A stretch of DNA of 63,821 nucleotides, counting the filler, from Acidimicrobiia bacterium (GTDB lineage Bacteria > Actinomycetota > Acidimicrobiia > Spongiisociales > JAENVV01): the NCBI GenBank assembly GCA_041577335.1. It is 3 parts of 3 records of this genome, joined end to end, with 100 filler letters (N's around TTAATTAATTAA, not from the genome) between each part and the next. Parts side by side here need not be neighbours in the genome. Positions count along the whole stretch, not along the records: positions 26,530 to 52,945 come from JBFGJH010000046.1; positions 53,046 to 63,821 come from JBFGJH010000084.1; 1 more part is not named here. The stretch is one strand, 5' to 3'. A program made the position numbers and the translations under genes. This document shows, one piece after another, positions 49,685 to 58,612 of this stretch (its first letter is position 1; the number at the start of each line of letters is the position of its first letter). Under the pieces are notes generated by a model that saw only the letters and a list, made by a program, of their open reading frames with translations, had not been told where the DNA came from and searched no databases.

Positions 49685-50601
49685 CCGGGAGCGACGCTAT
49701 ATCGGCGCTCGAAGGCCTGCGCCTTCCGCTCGATCGCCTTGGGGAGCTCCATTATCTTCTCTTGGACTTCTTGCGCGGTGGCAGACAACCCGGTGATGGA
49801 ACCGATCTTCCAGTCTCGCAGGAGCGGCATCACCACGCGGTCATGGTGGATCCGCATGTTGTACACGCCCGCCTTGGCCATCTCCACCGCGCGCCGGAGG
49901 TAATTGGGCATACCCACCCCGGGCATCTCGAAGTTGGCCAGGACCCGGTAGATGTTTGGCAAGACCAGGCTGGGCGCTTCTTTCATCATCGCGGTGACGA
50001 CGCCGCGGTAGAACATGAAATGATGGTTCTCATCGGTGGCGATGCGAGCCATGATCTCGTAGGCGGTCTCGTCGTCAGTGATGCGGCCGGCATTGCGATG
50101 CGAGACCCTCGTCGCCAGCTCCTGTACGGCGGTATACGCGAAGAGCGCGGCAGGGTTGGCGGCGCCCGAGTTGTAGCCGATTTCCATGGTGGCCAGACGG
50201 TCATCTTCGAGCTCGCGGGGGTCGCAGTTACGGCTGGTGAGCAGATAGCTGCGAATGGCGATGGCGTGCTGACCCTCTTCAGCTGTCCACAAGTGGTTCC
50301 ACTCTTTGAGGACGGGATGGGTTTTCGAGTGCGACTCGATTTCGGCGTGGTAATACGGGAGGTTGTCCTCGGTGAGCAGGTTCAGAACCAGGGCGGTGCG
50401 TGCTTCCGGCGAGAGGCTGCACTGAGACTCGTCCCACGGTTCCTCTCGATAGTTCCGGCCCTGCTCCCATGGAACATATTCGTGGGCATACCAATGCTCA
50501 CGACGCTCGCGATGATCGTCCATCAGCGCTTGCACCGTCGGGGTCACCGATGCGACCAGTTCGTAGTATTCGTCGTTGTTTGTCTGAGTTGGCTCCACCA
50601 T
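49681..50601 (-). CDS. Acyl-ACP desaturase (DesA-like diiron)
   Basis: NLLTEDNLPYY, WTAEEGQH, QELATRVSH, DENHH. Confidence 0.92.
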   Translation of the reverse strand: MVEPTQTNNDEYYELVASVTPTVQALMDDHRERREHWYAHEYVPWEQGRNYREEPWDESQCSLSPEARTALVLNLLTEDNLPYYHAEIESHSKTHPVLKEWNHLWTAEEGQHAIAIRSYLLTSRNCDPRELEDDRLATMEIGYNSGAANPAALFAYTAVQELATRVSHRNAGRITDDETAYEIMARIATDENHHFMFYRGVVTAMMKEAPSLVLPNIYRVLANFEMPGVGMPNYLRRAVEMAKAGVYNMRIHHDRVVMPLLRDWKIGSITGLSATAQEVQEKIMELPKAIERKAQAFERRYSVAPG

Positions 50602-50630
50602 GCCACCCAGCATACGCCATCGGCCGCGAT

Positions 50631-51356
50631 TCAGCCCTTCGCGCTGCCAGAAGATCCGTCGGGATGAGGCGTGGACGCGGTGCCCGTCTGCCCTCTCCGA
50701 GCGGCAGCCACGGCCACGATGGCTGCGCCGATCACTCCGGCCACGTAGAGGCTCGTACGGCCCCCTCCCAGGGACAGCCGCAGTGGTTCAGTCATGAGAC
50801 GCGCCGTGCCGGCAACGAGCACGGCAAGCGCCGCGACCAGGCCAGGGCGCGATGTTCGCAGTCGGCTCAGCACTAGTGCCCCGGCGGCCAGCAGCAGAGC
50901 CGTGTACAGCTCGACCGGGTGCCGCCCAACGTCGGATCCTGCCGCAGAGAAGGCCCATGGCAGTGAAGTTGCCACTCCCAGACAGGCGCCGGTGATGACG
51001 CACCCGGCATGCCATCCCGACAAACCCCAGAGGGCGACGGGTGCGATCTCGTCGAGTGTGGCCCACCCATCTCTGCGGGTGGCCCACAACAGTGTCCCCA
51101 TCGCGCCCAGCGAGGCGCCCAACGGGTCGACGCCGCCCCGGATGACGATCAGGTCACCCGGGTTGGTAACGGGGTTGGTGCCGGCCGCCACCATCGACCA
51201 CACCCGGCCCACAAGGACTCCGACGACTGCGGCGTTGAGGATGAGATCGAAGGCGTTGTCGGGAATCGGGTGGAGGCCCGAGCGAGCGAGCAGTCGGGCC
51301 GACAGCCATGCCGCCGCCAAGCCCGCCAGCGCCGCGAACAACAGCGTGAACTCCAT
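50631..51356 (-). CDS. Divergent prolipoprotein diacylglyceryl transferase (Lgt)-like protein
   Basis: GVLVGR, GACLG..TSLPWA, RHPVELY, RLMTEPLR. Confidence 0.75.
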   Translation of the reverse strand: MEFTLLFAALAGLAAAWLSARLLARSGLHPIPDNAFDLILNAAVVGVLVGRVWSMVAAGTNPVTNPGDLIVIRGGVDPLGASLGAMGTLLWATRRDGWATLDEIAPVALWGLSGWHAGCVITGACLGVATSLPWAFSAAGSDVGRHPVELYTALLLAAGALVLSRLRTSRPGLVAALAVLVAGTARLMTEPLRLSLGGGRTSLYVAGVIGAAIVAVAAARRGQTGTASTPHPDGSSGSAKG

Positions 51357-51832
51357 TACGGGGCCGTGATCTCGTCAATGCCCAACACGAGCGCTCGCTC
51401 ATCGATGATCCCGGCGTGCACGGTCACATTGCCGGCGGCATCGACGAAATAGGTGATCGGAACCCCAAAACCACCGAGCTCGCTCCGGACCGAGCCCGAC
51501 TGATCGAACCAGTGCTCGAACCCTCCCAGGCCGAATTCATCGATGAAAGCAGCGGCATCGGCCTGTGAGTCTTGTGTGTCGATTCCGACAAATCGCACTT
51601 GCTCGCCGAACTGATCATGGGCCGCCGTGAGCAACGGTGCTTCCGACCGGCACGGCCCACACCAGGATGCCCAGATGTTGATGACGAGGGGCTGGTCGGC
51701 TTCGGCGATGAGGGAACGAATGCCCGGCCCGTCGATTTCGGGGAGCGGACCGGAGGACGAGACACCGGTTGTGCCACATGCGGCGATGGAGAACAGTGCG
51801 ACAACCAGTGAGGCAGCGAATGCCCGCCTCAT
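51356..51832 (-). CDS. TlpA-family disulfide reductase lipoprotein
   Basis: Lipobox IAAC, NIWASWCGPCRSE, GVPITYFVD. Confidence 0.9.
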   Translation of the reverse strand: MRRAFAASLVVALFSIAACGTTGVSSSGPLPEIDGPGIRSLIAEADQPLVINIWASWCGPCRSEAPLLTAAHDQFGEQVRFVGIDTQDSQADAAAFIDEFGLGGFEHWFDQSGSVRSELGGFGVPITYFVDAAGNVTVHAGIIDERALVLGIDEITAP

Positions 51833-52464
51833 GGGTTGCGCCCCAGCGCTACGGCGGTGATGCCAAGGCCGACGAGCACGGTCCCCGAAATCCACCGCTG
51901 CGCGCCGCGAAAACGAGGCGACGAGGCGAGCGCTCGGCCGGCGCTTCCCGACAGGAAACCGTATGCCATATCGCTCACCAGCGCAATGAACACGAACACC
52001 AGGCCCAGGATCGCTGCTTGGATCTGCGGGTTGGCTCCGCCGGCGTCGATGAACTGGGGAAGGAAAGCAACGAAGAAGATGGCCGCTTTGGGGTTGAGGA
52101 CGTTGACCACGAACCCCCGACGAAAGCGCTGCCAGTCTCCGCGAGGGTTGGTGTGGGCATCGCCGGCGCCGTCACCGTCGTTGGCAAGCACTGTTCGGGC
52201 TCCGAGGTAGATGAGATAGGCAGCGCCGGCCAGCTTAAGGAAGGTAAAGGCACCCGACGATGCCGCCAACAGGGCCGAGAGGCCCAGTGCGGCGGCCGTC
52301 ACATGGATCAAGCCCCCGGAAAAGATGCCGAACGCGGCGACGATCCCGGCTCGCCGCCCGCCGCCGATGCCTTCGCCAACGATGTAGACGACGGCCGGCC
52401 CTGGGCTCACGACCAGGATGAGAGCAGCCACGGCGAAGAGGCCGAGCGTCGTGGGTGACGGCAT
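51829..52464 (-). CDS. LysE/RhtB family exporter
   Basis: [37 protein letters not shown]. Confidence 0.93.
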   Translation of the reverse strand: MPSPTTLGLFAVAALILVVSPGPAVVYIVGEGIGGGRRAGIVAAFGIFSGGLIHVTAAALGLSALLAASSGAFTFLKLAGAAYLIYLGARTVLANDGDGAGDAHTNPRGDWQRFRRGFVVNVLNPKAAIFFVAFLPQFIDAGGANPQIQAAILGLVFVFIALVSDMAYGFLSGSAGRALASSPRFRGAQRWISGTVLVGLGITAVALGRNP

Positions 52465-52542
52465 GCCGGTACGGTACCAAGCTCCGGTCGAAACCTCGGT
52501 GGGGCGCTGTTCATCGGGGCTCTTTGCACTAGGTTCCTACCC

Positions 52543-52945
52543 ATGGCACACCGACCCACCGTTATGACTCTCGTGCTCGCCGGGGGGGAAGGCCGACGGC
52601 TCTTTCCTCTGACTCGCAGCCGGGCCAAGCCCGCAGTGCCCTTTGGCGGTCAGTACCGGCTCATCGACTTTGTGCTTTCCAACCTGGTGAACGCACGCTT
52701 CATGCGAATCGCCGTTCTCACGCAGTACAAATCTCATAGCCTCGACACCCACCTTGCCCGAACGTGGCGCTTGTCGGCCGTGCTGGGCAACTACGTCACG
52801 CCGGTTCCCGCTCAGATGCGCCGCGGTCCTCGGTGGTACTCGGGCTCGGCGGACGCCGTCTACCAGAACTTCAACCTTCTGGACGACGAGGCGCCCGACC
52901 ATGTTGTGGTGTTCGGAGCAGACAACATCTACCGCATGGACCCCA
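52543..52945 (+). CDS. glgC: Glucose-1-phosphate adenylyltransferase, 3' truncated by the gap
   Basis: [47 protein letters not shown]. Confidence 0.95.
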
Positions 52946-53045
52946 NNNNNNNNNNNNNNNNNNNNNNNNNNNNNNNNNNNNNNNNNNNNTTAATTAATTA
53001 ANNNNNNNNNNNNNNNNNNNNNNNNNNNNNNNNNNNNNNNNNNNN
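52946..53045. other. Artificial contig linker
   Basis: N44-TTAATTAATTAA-N44. Confidence 0.98.
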
Positions 53046-53795
53046 CCCGACGGCTGGCTGCCGGAGGGCTTCGTGGCTCCAACGGGCGCCGCTGCCGGAA
53101 CCATCAACTTCACCGCCCGCGAGATGCTCCGCACTCCGCAGTTTCACCTCATTTCCCTCACCTTCGCGGCCAGCGCCGGTGCGGGGCTCATGGCCATCGG
53201 TTTGATGAAGCTCTACCCGGTGGAAGCCTTGACCGAGTCGGGCTTCACCGATCTCGAGGCGAGTGCCATCGCCGGAACGGCCATGGCGGTCTTTTTCAGC
53301 CTCGCCAATGGCATCGGCCGGATCGCCTGGGGGACGCTCAGCGACACGCTGGGCCGCAAGCTCTCCCTCATCGTGATGGCGGCAACGCAGGGGTTACTGA
53401 TGTTCGCCTTCATCCCCATGGCCGGTAATCGCTACACGCTGTATGTGGCGGCAGCCTTGATCGGTTTCAACTTCGGCGGCAACTTCGCACTCTTCCCGGC
53501 GATCACCGCCGATCGTTTCGGCAACCAGTCGGTAGGCGCCAACTATCCGTGGGTCTTTCTGGCCTACGGGTTCGGGGGCATCGTCTTCCCGATCGCCGGC
53601 GGCTGGCTCGGCGACCTCGGCAATTTCCCGCTCGCTTTCGGACTGTGTGGCGCTGCGTGCATCGTCGGCGCGCTGGCGGCCTTCCTGGTGTTCCCGCCCC
53701 ACCACGACGAAGCCGAACGGCGGTTCACACTCAAGCGCTTCCTCCACAACGCCCACCTCTTCGAAGAGGATTTCGAGGAGGAGTTGGTCGGATAG
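53046..53795 (+). CDS. OFA (oxalate:formate antiporter-like) MFS transporter, 5' truncated
   Basis: ANGIGRIAWGTLSD.LGRK, GFNFGGNFALFP, GANYPWVFLAYG. Confidence 0.88.
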   Translation, partial: PDGWLPEGFVAPTGAAAGTINFTAREMLRTPQFHLISLTFAASAGAGLMAIGLMKLYPVEALTESGFTDLEASAIAGTAMAVFFSLANGIGRIAWGTLSDTLGRKLSLIVMAATQGLLMFAFIPMAGNRYTLYVAAALIGFNFGGNFALFPAITADRFGNQSVGANYPWVFLAYGFGGIVFPIAGGWLGDLGNFPLAFGLCGAACIVGALAAFLVFPPHHDEAERRFTLKRFLHNAHLFEEDFEEELVG

Positions 53796-54035
53796 CGCGA
53801 GCAGGCTCACGTCTGCCCCCCGGATGGGCCGGTACGGCCGTCCGCCCTTCATTGATTGCGCCGGCCTGACGTCACCGAGTATCGGAGCAGATCGACGCCG
53901 GGACAGGAAGCCCGCCCGGATCCACAAAGAACTCGCGTCGCCCGCGGCGCCGCGTGGAGTGGAGGCCCCCGCAGCCGACCGCCTCGTAACGGAGGCGGCT
54001 CGATCGATCCGGAATCCTGCCATCATCCTGTGGTC

Positions 54036-55256
54036 ATGGCCGGCGCATTCCTCATGGTTTATGGGTTCATCTCGCTCCTCGGGGCGCTGAACGCCGCTCG
54101 GCCTGTGACCAACCCGACTGCGCGTCTCCCGGCTATCTGGCTGTGGGCAATGCTGGTCGGCGAGTACGCCGGGCCATTGTTGGTCTTGCGATTGGCTGCC
54201 ACCGGCGGTCTCATCCTGCTGGGAGCGCTCGACAACACTGCCGGCGTGGTCGGCTTTGTGTTCATGGCGTTGGGGCAGGCGGTTCTGGCGCTGGTCTGGC
54301 TCCTGTCGAGATCAGAGGCGCGCCGCCTCACGAGCGCGCTCGCGCCTGCCCACCGCGTTCGCGCGCACTCGTGGCGCGAGCGCCTCACTCGTCGGCCCAC
54401 GCTTCTGCCGTCCGGAACGGAGCTGGTCTGCAATGTGGAATTCGACGGAGGCGCTGTCGACGTCTACCGGCCACAGGCGAACAACGGTCCGGCACCTGCG
54501 CTCATCTACGTACACGGAGGCAGCTGGACATCGGGCGATCCCCATCAACAGAGCCGCACCCTGTTTCACCACTTTGCCGCCAACGGCTGGCAGGTGTTCG
54601 CGGTCCGATATCCGCTCGCTCCGACGCCAACCTTTCCTGCCAATGTCGAAGCAGTGATGGAGGCCGTGCGGTGGGTGCGGGACCGTCCGGAGATCAATGC
54701 CGATCGCGTCGTCCTGGCGGGCGGATCGGCCGGTGGGCACCTGGCCACCCTGGCGGCGCTTCGGCTCTCAGCCGGGAATCTGTCCGATGCGCCGGCGGCG
54801 TGCGTGCCCCTCTATGGAGTGTTCGATTTCGCCAACCGGAACAACACGCGACCACACTGGGAGGTCATTCCCCGAGCGGTGCTCGGTGCCAGGCTCGCCG
54901 AGAACCCTGCGCTGTACCGGGATGCTTCGCCACTCGATCAGGTGCACCGCGACGCTCCGCCGATGTTGGTGGTTCATGGCACATTCGACTCGCTGGTACC
55001 TCCCCAAGAGTCGGCCCAGTTCGTCTCCGCCCTTCGACAATCATCTCACAACGACGTCCAGTACATGCGGGTTCGAGGCGGTCAGCATGCGTTCGATGCC
55101 ATTTCCTCACCACGCACCCGAGCCGTTGTGGGGGCGATCTCGGAGTGGCTCAGCTCGGCTCTGCCGACGACCACTTCTCCCAGGCATCGCGCAAGTACGG
55201 AAGAAGATCTTCCAGGTTCTGACGGGCCGATGCTCGATCGACCATCGGGTGGCTGA
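54036..55256 (+). CDS. Membrane-anchored alpha/beta hydrolase (HSL-type esterase)
   Basis: N-terminal TMs, YVHGGSW, GGSAGGH, HGTFDSLV, GQHAFD. Confidence 0.9.
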   Translation: MAGAFLMVYGFISLLGALNAARPVTNPTARLPAIWLWAMLVGEYAGPLLVLRLAATGGLILLGALDNTAGVVGFVFMALGQAVLALVWLLSRSEARRLTSALAPAHRVRAHSWRERLTRRPTLLPSGTELVCNVEFDGGAVDVYRPQANNGPAPALIYVHGGSWTSGDPHQQSRTLFHHFAANGWQVFAVRYPLAPTPTFPANVEAVMEAVRWVRDRPEINADRVVLAGGSAGGHLATLAALRLSAGNLSDAPAACVPLYGVFDFANRNNTRPHWEVIPRAVLGARLAENPALYRDASPLDQVHRDAPPMLVVHGTFDSLVPPQESAQFVSALRQSSHNDVQYMRVRGGQHAFDAISSPRTRAVVGAISEWLSSALPTTTSPRHRASTEEDLPGSDGPMLDRPSGG

Positions 55257-55626
55257 TCCCTGCCAGATACACTCCCCAGCGCTCGTCGGTGGGCGGCGCC
55301 ATCTCGAGCAACCAAACTTCCCGGTCGATACGCCATTCGAGGCCCGCCCGCGAACCATCGGGGGCAACAATGAAGGCATCGCCGCTCACTCGGCCGGGCT
55401 CTCGCTCGAAATCAGTGATACCGCCCCACAAGAAGCCGTCGACGCAGACGTCCTCCAAGACTCGGAATCCGTGGAACGGGGGCGATTCGGGAGGCGGCGC
55501 CATGAACGCGGGACGCTCCGGATCAGCAGTCTCTGCTCGGAGATCGAGCATCAAGTGACTGGTCACGTCTTTCAAATCTCGAGCGGCTGTCCCGGTCTCG
55601 CTCCGTCCCAACTTCCACCACGCCAT
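55150..55626 (-). CDS. Hypothetical protein
   Basis: 158 aa with protein-like aromatic-rich composition (FHGFRVL, GDAFIVAPDGSRAGLEW, RWGVY); possible -10 TATGCT just upstream. Confidence 0.65.
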   Translation of the reverse strand: MAWWKLGRSETGTAARDLKDVTSHLMLDLRAETADPERPAFMAPPPESPPFHGFRVLEDVCVDGFLWGGITDFEREPGRVSGDAFIVAPDGSRAGLEWRIDREVWLLEMAPPTDERWGVYLAGISHPMVDRASARQNLEDLLPYLRDAWEKWSSAEPS

Positions 55627-55705
55627 TGAGAAAGAAGCATATCGGACGCCCGGACAACCCCCGTTTCAAGTGCGCAACCCGGCGTTATCGCGTAGTCTCA
55701 TTCCC

Positions 55706-56089
55706 ATGACAGAGTTCACCGTCAGGATGGCTAACCGGCCGGGTCAGCTCGCAGAGCTCACCGAGGCCTTGGCCTTTGCCGGCGTCAATATCGAGGCACT
55801 GGCGGCGTTCGGGATCGACGAAGAAGGGTACGTGCGAATCATCGTCGCTGACCCATCTGCAGCACGCCGGACCCTCCGCAAAGCCGGACTGGCGTTCTCG
55901 GAACGTTCGATTCTCACAACGGTGATATCTCACGAGCCCGGGTCGTTGGCCCGGCTCACCCGGAAACTGGCCTCGAGCGGCGTCAACATCGAAGCGCTCT
56001 ACCTACTCAACTCGCATGCCGATGGCCAAGAGTTTGCACTCGTAGTGGCGGAGGCCGAACCAGCCGAGCATCTCCTGCAAGCGTTGTAG
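55706..56089 (+). CDS. Tandem ACT domain protein
   Basis: Two repeats NRPGQLA...AGVNIEAL and HEPGSLA...SGVNIEAL. Confidence 0.9.
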   Translation: MTEFTVRMANRPGQLAELTEALAFAGVNIEALAAFGIDEEGYVRIIVADPSAARRTLRKAGLAFSERSILTTVISHEPGSLARLTRKLASSGVNIEALYLLNSHADGQEFALVVAEAEPAEHLLQAL

Positions 56090-56161
56090 GCGCCTCGGAC
56101 GATGCCACCGCACGGGCGGTGGTACTTCGCAGTGTGCCAGGGGATCCTTACACTGTCGGCC

Positions 56162-57223
56162 GTGCGTATCTTCACCATCCTCCTCGCCTCCCTCCTGGTT
56201 CTGGGAGCGTGCTCGGGCGACGCCGAAGTAACCGGCAATACCGTCAACCGGCAGGCCCCGTCGACAACCGCGGCTCCCTCGACTGTTCCGGCGACCACGA
56301 CAACGACCACGAGCACGACGACCACCCTTCCTCCCGTCGTGTCGCCCCTCAACGGCCTTGCCGTTGAGGACCCCGAGGTCGTCGACAGGCGCGTCCTTGC
56401 CGTGAAGATCGACAACCACTGGAATGCGCGGCCGCAGTCCGGCATCGAAGACGCCGACGCCGTCTTCGAACTGCTCGTAGAGGCCGACCTCACACGGTTC
56501 ATTGCGATGTTCCATGACAACGACGCGACGTTTCTCGGCCCTATGCGTTCTGGGCGGCCAACGGATCCGACGCTCATCAAGCAGACCGGAGGTACGTTCA
56601 CGATTTCGGGAGCGCAGCCCTGGGTATCGGGCGTCATCAACCGCGCCGGCGTGCCGCTCATCGGCGAGGTTCGGCCCGCCACCTTCCGGATCTCGAGCCG
56701 ACGGGCTCCACACAACCTGTACGTCGACACCGAACAGCTGCGGGTTGTCGCCGATGATCGCGGGTATAGCAATGAGCCACCCCCTGACCTCTTCGAGTGG
56801 GGGCCCTTGACCGACGGCGGGGAAGCCGCCACCGAGGTATTCATGGACTGGTCATCGGCGACCAGGGTGACCTGGGTGTGGACCGGCGAGGCGTACGAGC
56901 GAATGCTCGGCGACCTCGCCCACAACTGGCGGAGCGAAGACGGCGAAACCGAGGAGCCCATCTCGGCGGATACCCTCGTTGTGCTGTTTGCGCCCCGCTA
57001 CTGGGCGTCGGGCAGCACGGGGTCTTCCGTCCCGGCGATGGACACGGTGGGCGAAGGCATCGCTTTGGTGTTCGCCGAAGGCACCGTGATCGAAGGCATG
57101 TGGGCCCGTGAGACGATCGAGGAACCATTCGCACTGGCCGACGCCGCCGGCGATACGATCGCCGTGCCTCCCGGCAAGCCATGGATCTCGGTTTTCCCTG
57201 ACAGCCGAACTGTGAGCTGGTGA
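56162..57223 (+). CDS. DUF3048 domain lipoprotein
   Basis: Lipobox LGAC, Thr-rich linker, AVKIDN...ARPQSG, TRFIAMF, GPMRSGR, APHNLY. Confidence 0.9.
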   Translation: MRIFTILLASLLVLGACSGDAEVTGNTVNRQAPSTTAAPSTVPATTTTTTSTTTTLPPVVSPLNGLAVEDPEVVDRRVLAVKIDNHWNARPQSGIEDADAVFELLVEADLTRFIAMFHDNDATFLGPMRSGRPTDPTLIKQTGGTFTISGAQPWVSGVINRAGVPLIGEVRPATFRISSRRAPHNLYVDTEQLRVVADDRGYSNEPPPDLFEWGPLTDGGEAATEVFMDWSSATRVTWVWTGEAYERMLGDLAHNWRSEDGETEEPISADTLVVLFAPRYWASGSTGSSVPAMDTVGEGIALVFAEGTVIEGMWARETIEEPFALADAAGDTIAVPPGKPWISVFPDSRTVSW

Positions 57224-58542
57224 ACTCAGCAGCCGGCATCGCTTCCAAGGTCCGAGCCGGCGAACTCACGCCTGCCGCCGTCGGCGACGAAACCCGCGCC
57301 CTCATCGGAACCGACCCGCTCAACGCGTACACCTCGCTGAGCGAGTCGGAACCGGCAGCAGCATCCGGGCAGCTGGCCGGCGTACCGGTGGCCCTGAAGG
57401 ATCTCATCGACCACGCCGGCCATACGACAACCTGTGGCTCGGGTTTCTACGTGGGCACACCGGTACGGTCGGCGACGATGGTCCGCCGGCTCGAAGCAGC
57501 GGGAGCAATCGTCGTCGGCCGAACCGGGCTGCACGAGTTTGCTTTTGGGTTCTCGTCCGAGAATCACTGGTTCGGGCCTGTTCGCAACCCTTGGGACCCG
57601 GCGACGTCGCCAGGTGGCTCATCGGGAGGGTCGGCCGCCACGGTAGCTGCCGGTCATGTTCCGATAGCCATCGGCACCGATACGGGAGGTTCGGTCCGCG
57701 TCCCTGCCGCTTTGTGCGGTGTCTACGGGCTCAAAGTCACCCATGGGCGCATCCCGTTGAGCGGCGTCTTCCCGCTGGCGCCGTCGATCGACACTGTCGG
57801 GCCCATCGCCCGCTCCATCGACGATCTGCAGATCTCATACGACGTGATGCGCGGATATGACGAGGCCGACCGCTGGTCGAGGCGACCGCCGACGGCCATC
57901 CTGCCGGTCTCGCGACCCCTCAGAGCGGGCGTCCCGATGCAGTGGTTGGAAGAGTGCGCGGTCTCCAACGACGTCCGCTCTGCATTCGAGCGTGCCGTCG
58001 CCGCCATTGCCGAGGCGGGCCACGAGGTGGTCGAGATCGACGAGCCTCTTCTGACATCTCGCGGCGACACCACGACGGCCGCCTACGCCGAGGTGGCCTC
58101 CGTCCACAGGTCGTGGTTCGAAGAAGGCAAGCCTTACGGACCCCAAGTCGCCCCTCGAATCGAGCAGGCCCTCGCGGTCACGATGGAACAATACGCCGAG
58201 GCGAGGGCATCCCGGGCGGCCGCGAACACGGCGGCACGAGCCGTGTTCGACGGCGTCGATGTGCTGTTGACACCGACGGTGGGAGCGATGCGGAAAGTCA
58301 TCGGTGAGGATGACATGGTCGTTGGCGACACAGTTCACCACTATCGATCTGTCTTGTCGTGCTTCACGGCGCTGGTCAATCACCTTCGCTCGCCGGCACT
58401 GGTCATGCCCGTCAATGTGGAGGGATCGCCGCCCCCATCGCTCCAGGTGATTGGACCGCGTTGGTCGGAGCCGCAGCTGCTGGAGTTCGGGCGACAACTC
58501 GAACGAGCCGAGATCGTCGCATTTCGGCCACCAGGAGCCTGA
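57220..58542 (+). CDS. Amidase signature family protein
   Basis: GVPVALKD, PGGSSGGSAA, GTDTGGSVRVPA. Confidence 0.92.
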   Translation: MNSAAGIASKVRAGELTPAAVGDETRALIGTDPLNAYTSLSESEPAAASGQLAGVPVALKDLIDHAGHTTTCGSGFYVGTPVRSATMVRRLEAAGAIVVGRTGLHEFAFGFSSENHWFGPVRNPWDPATSPGGSSGGSAATVAAGHVPIAIGTDTGGSVRVPAALCGVYGLKVTHGRIPLSGVFPLAPSIDTVGPIARSIDDLQISYDVMRGYDEADRWSRRPPTAILPVSRPLRAGVPMQWLEECAVSNDVRSAFERAVAAIAEAGHEVVEIDEPLLTSRGDTTTAAYAEVASVHRSWFEEGKPYGPQVAPRIEQALAVTMEQYAEARASRAAANTAARAVFDGVDVLLTPTVGAMRKVIGEDDMVVGDTVHHYRSVLSCFTALVNHLRSPALVMPVNVEGSPPPSLQVIGPRWSEPQLLEFGRQLERAEIVAFRPPGA

Positions 58543-58612
58543 TTGGCATTGTTACCGCCCGCACCCCGGTAACCTGACACCGCCAAATCGGCAAATCGAC
58601 AAAGGACGCAGG

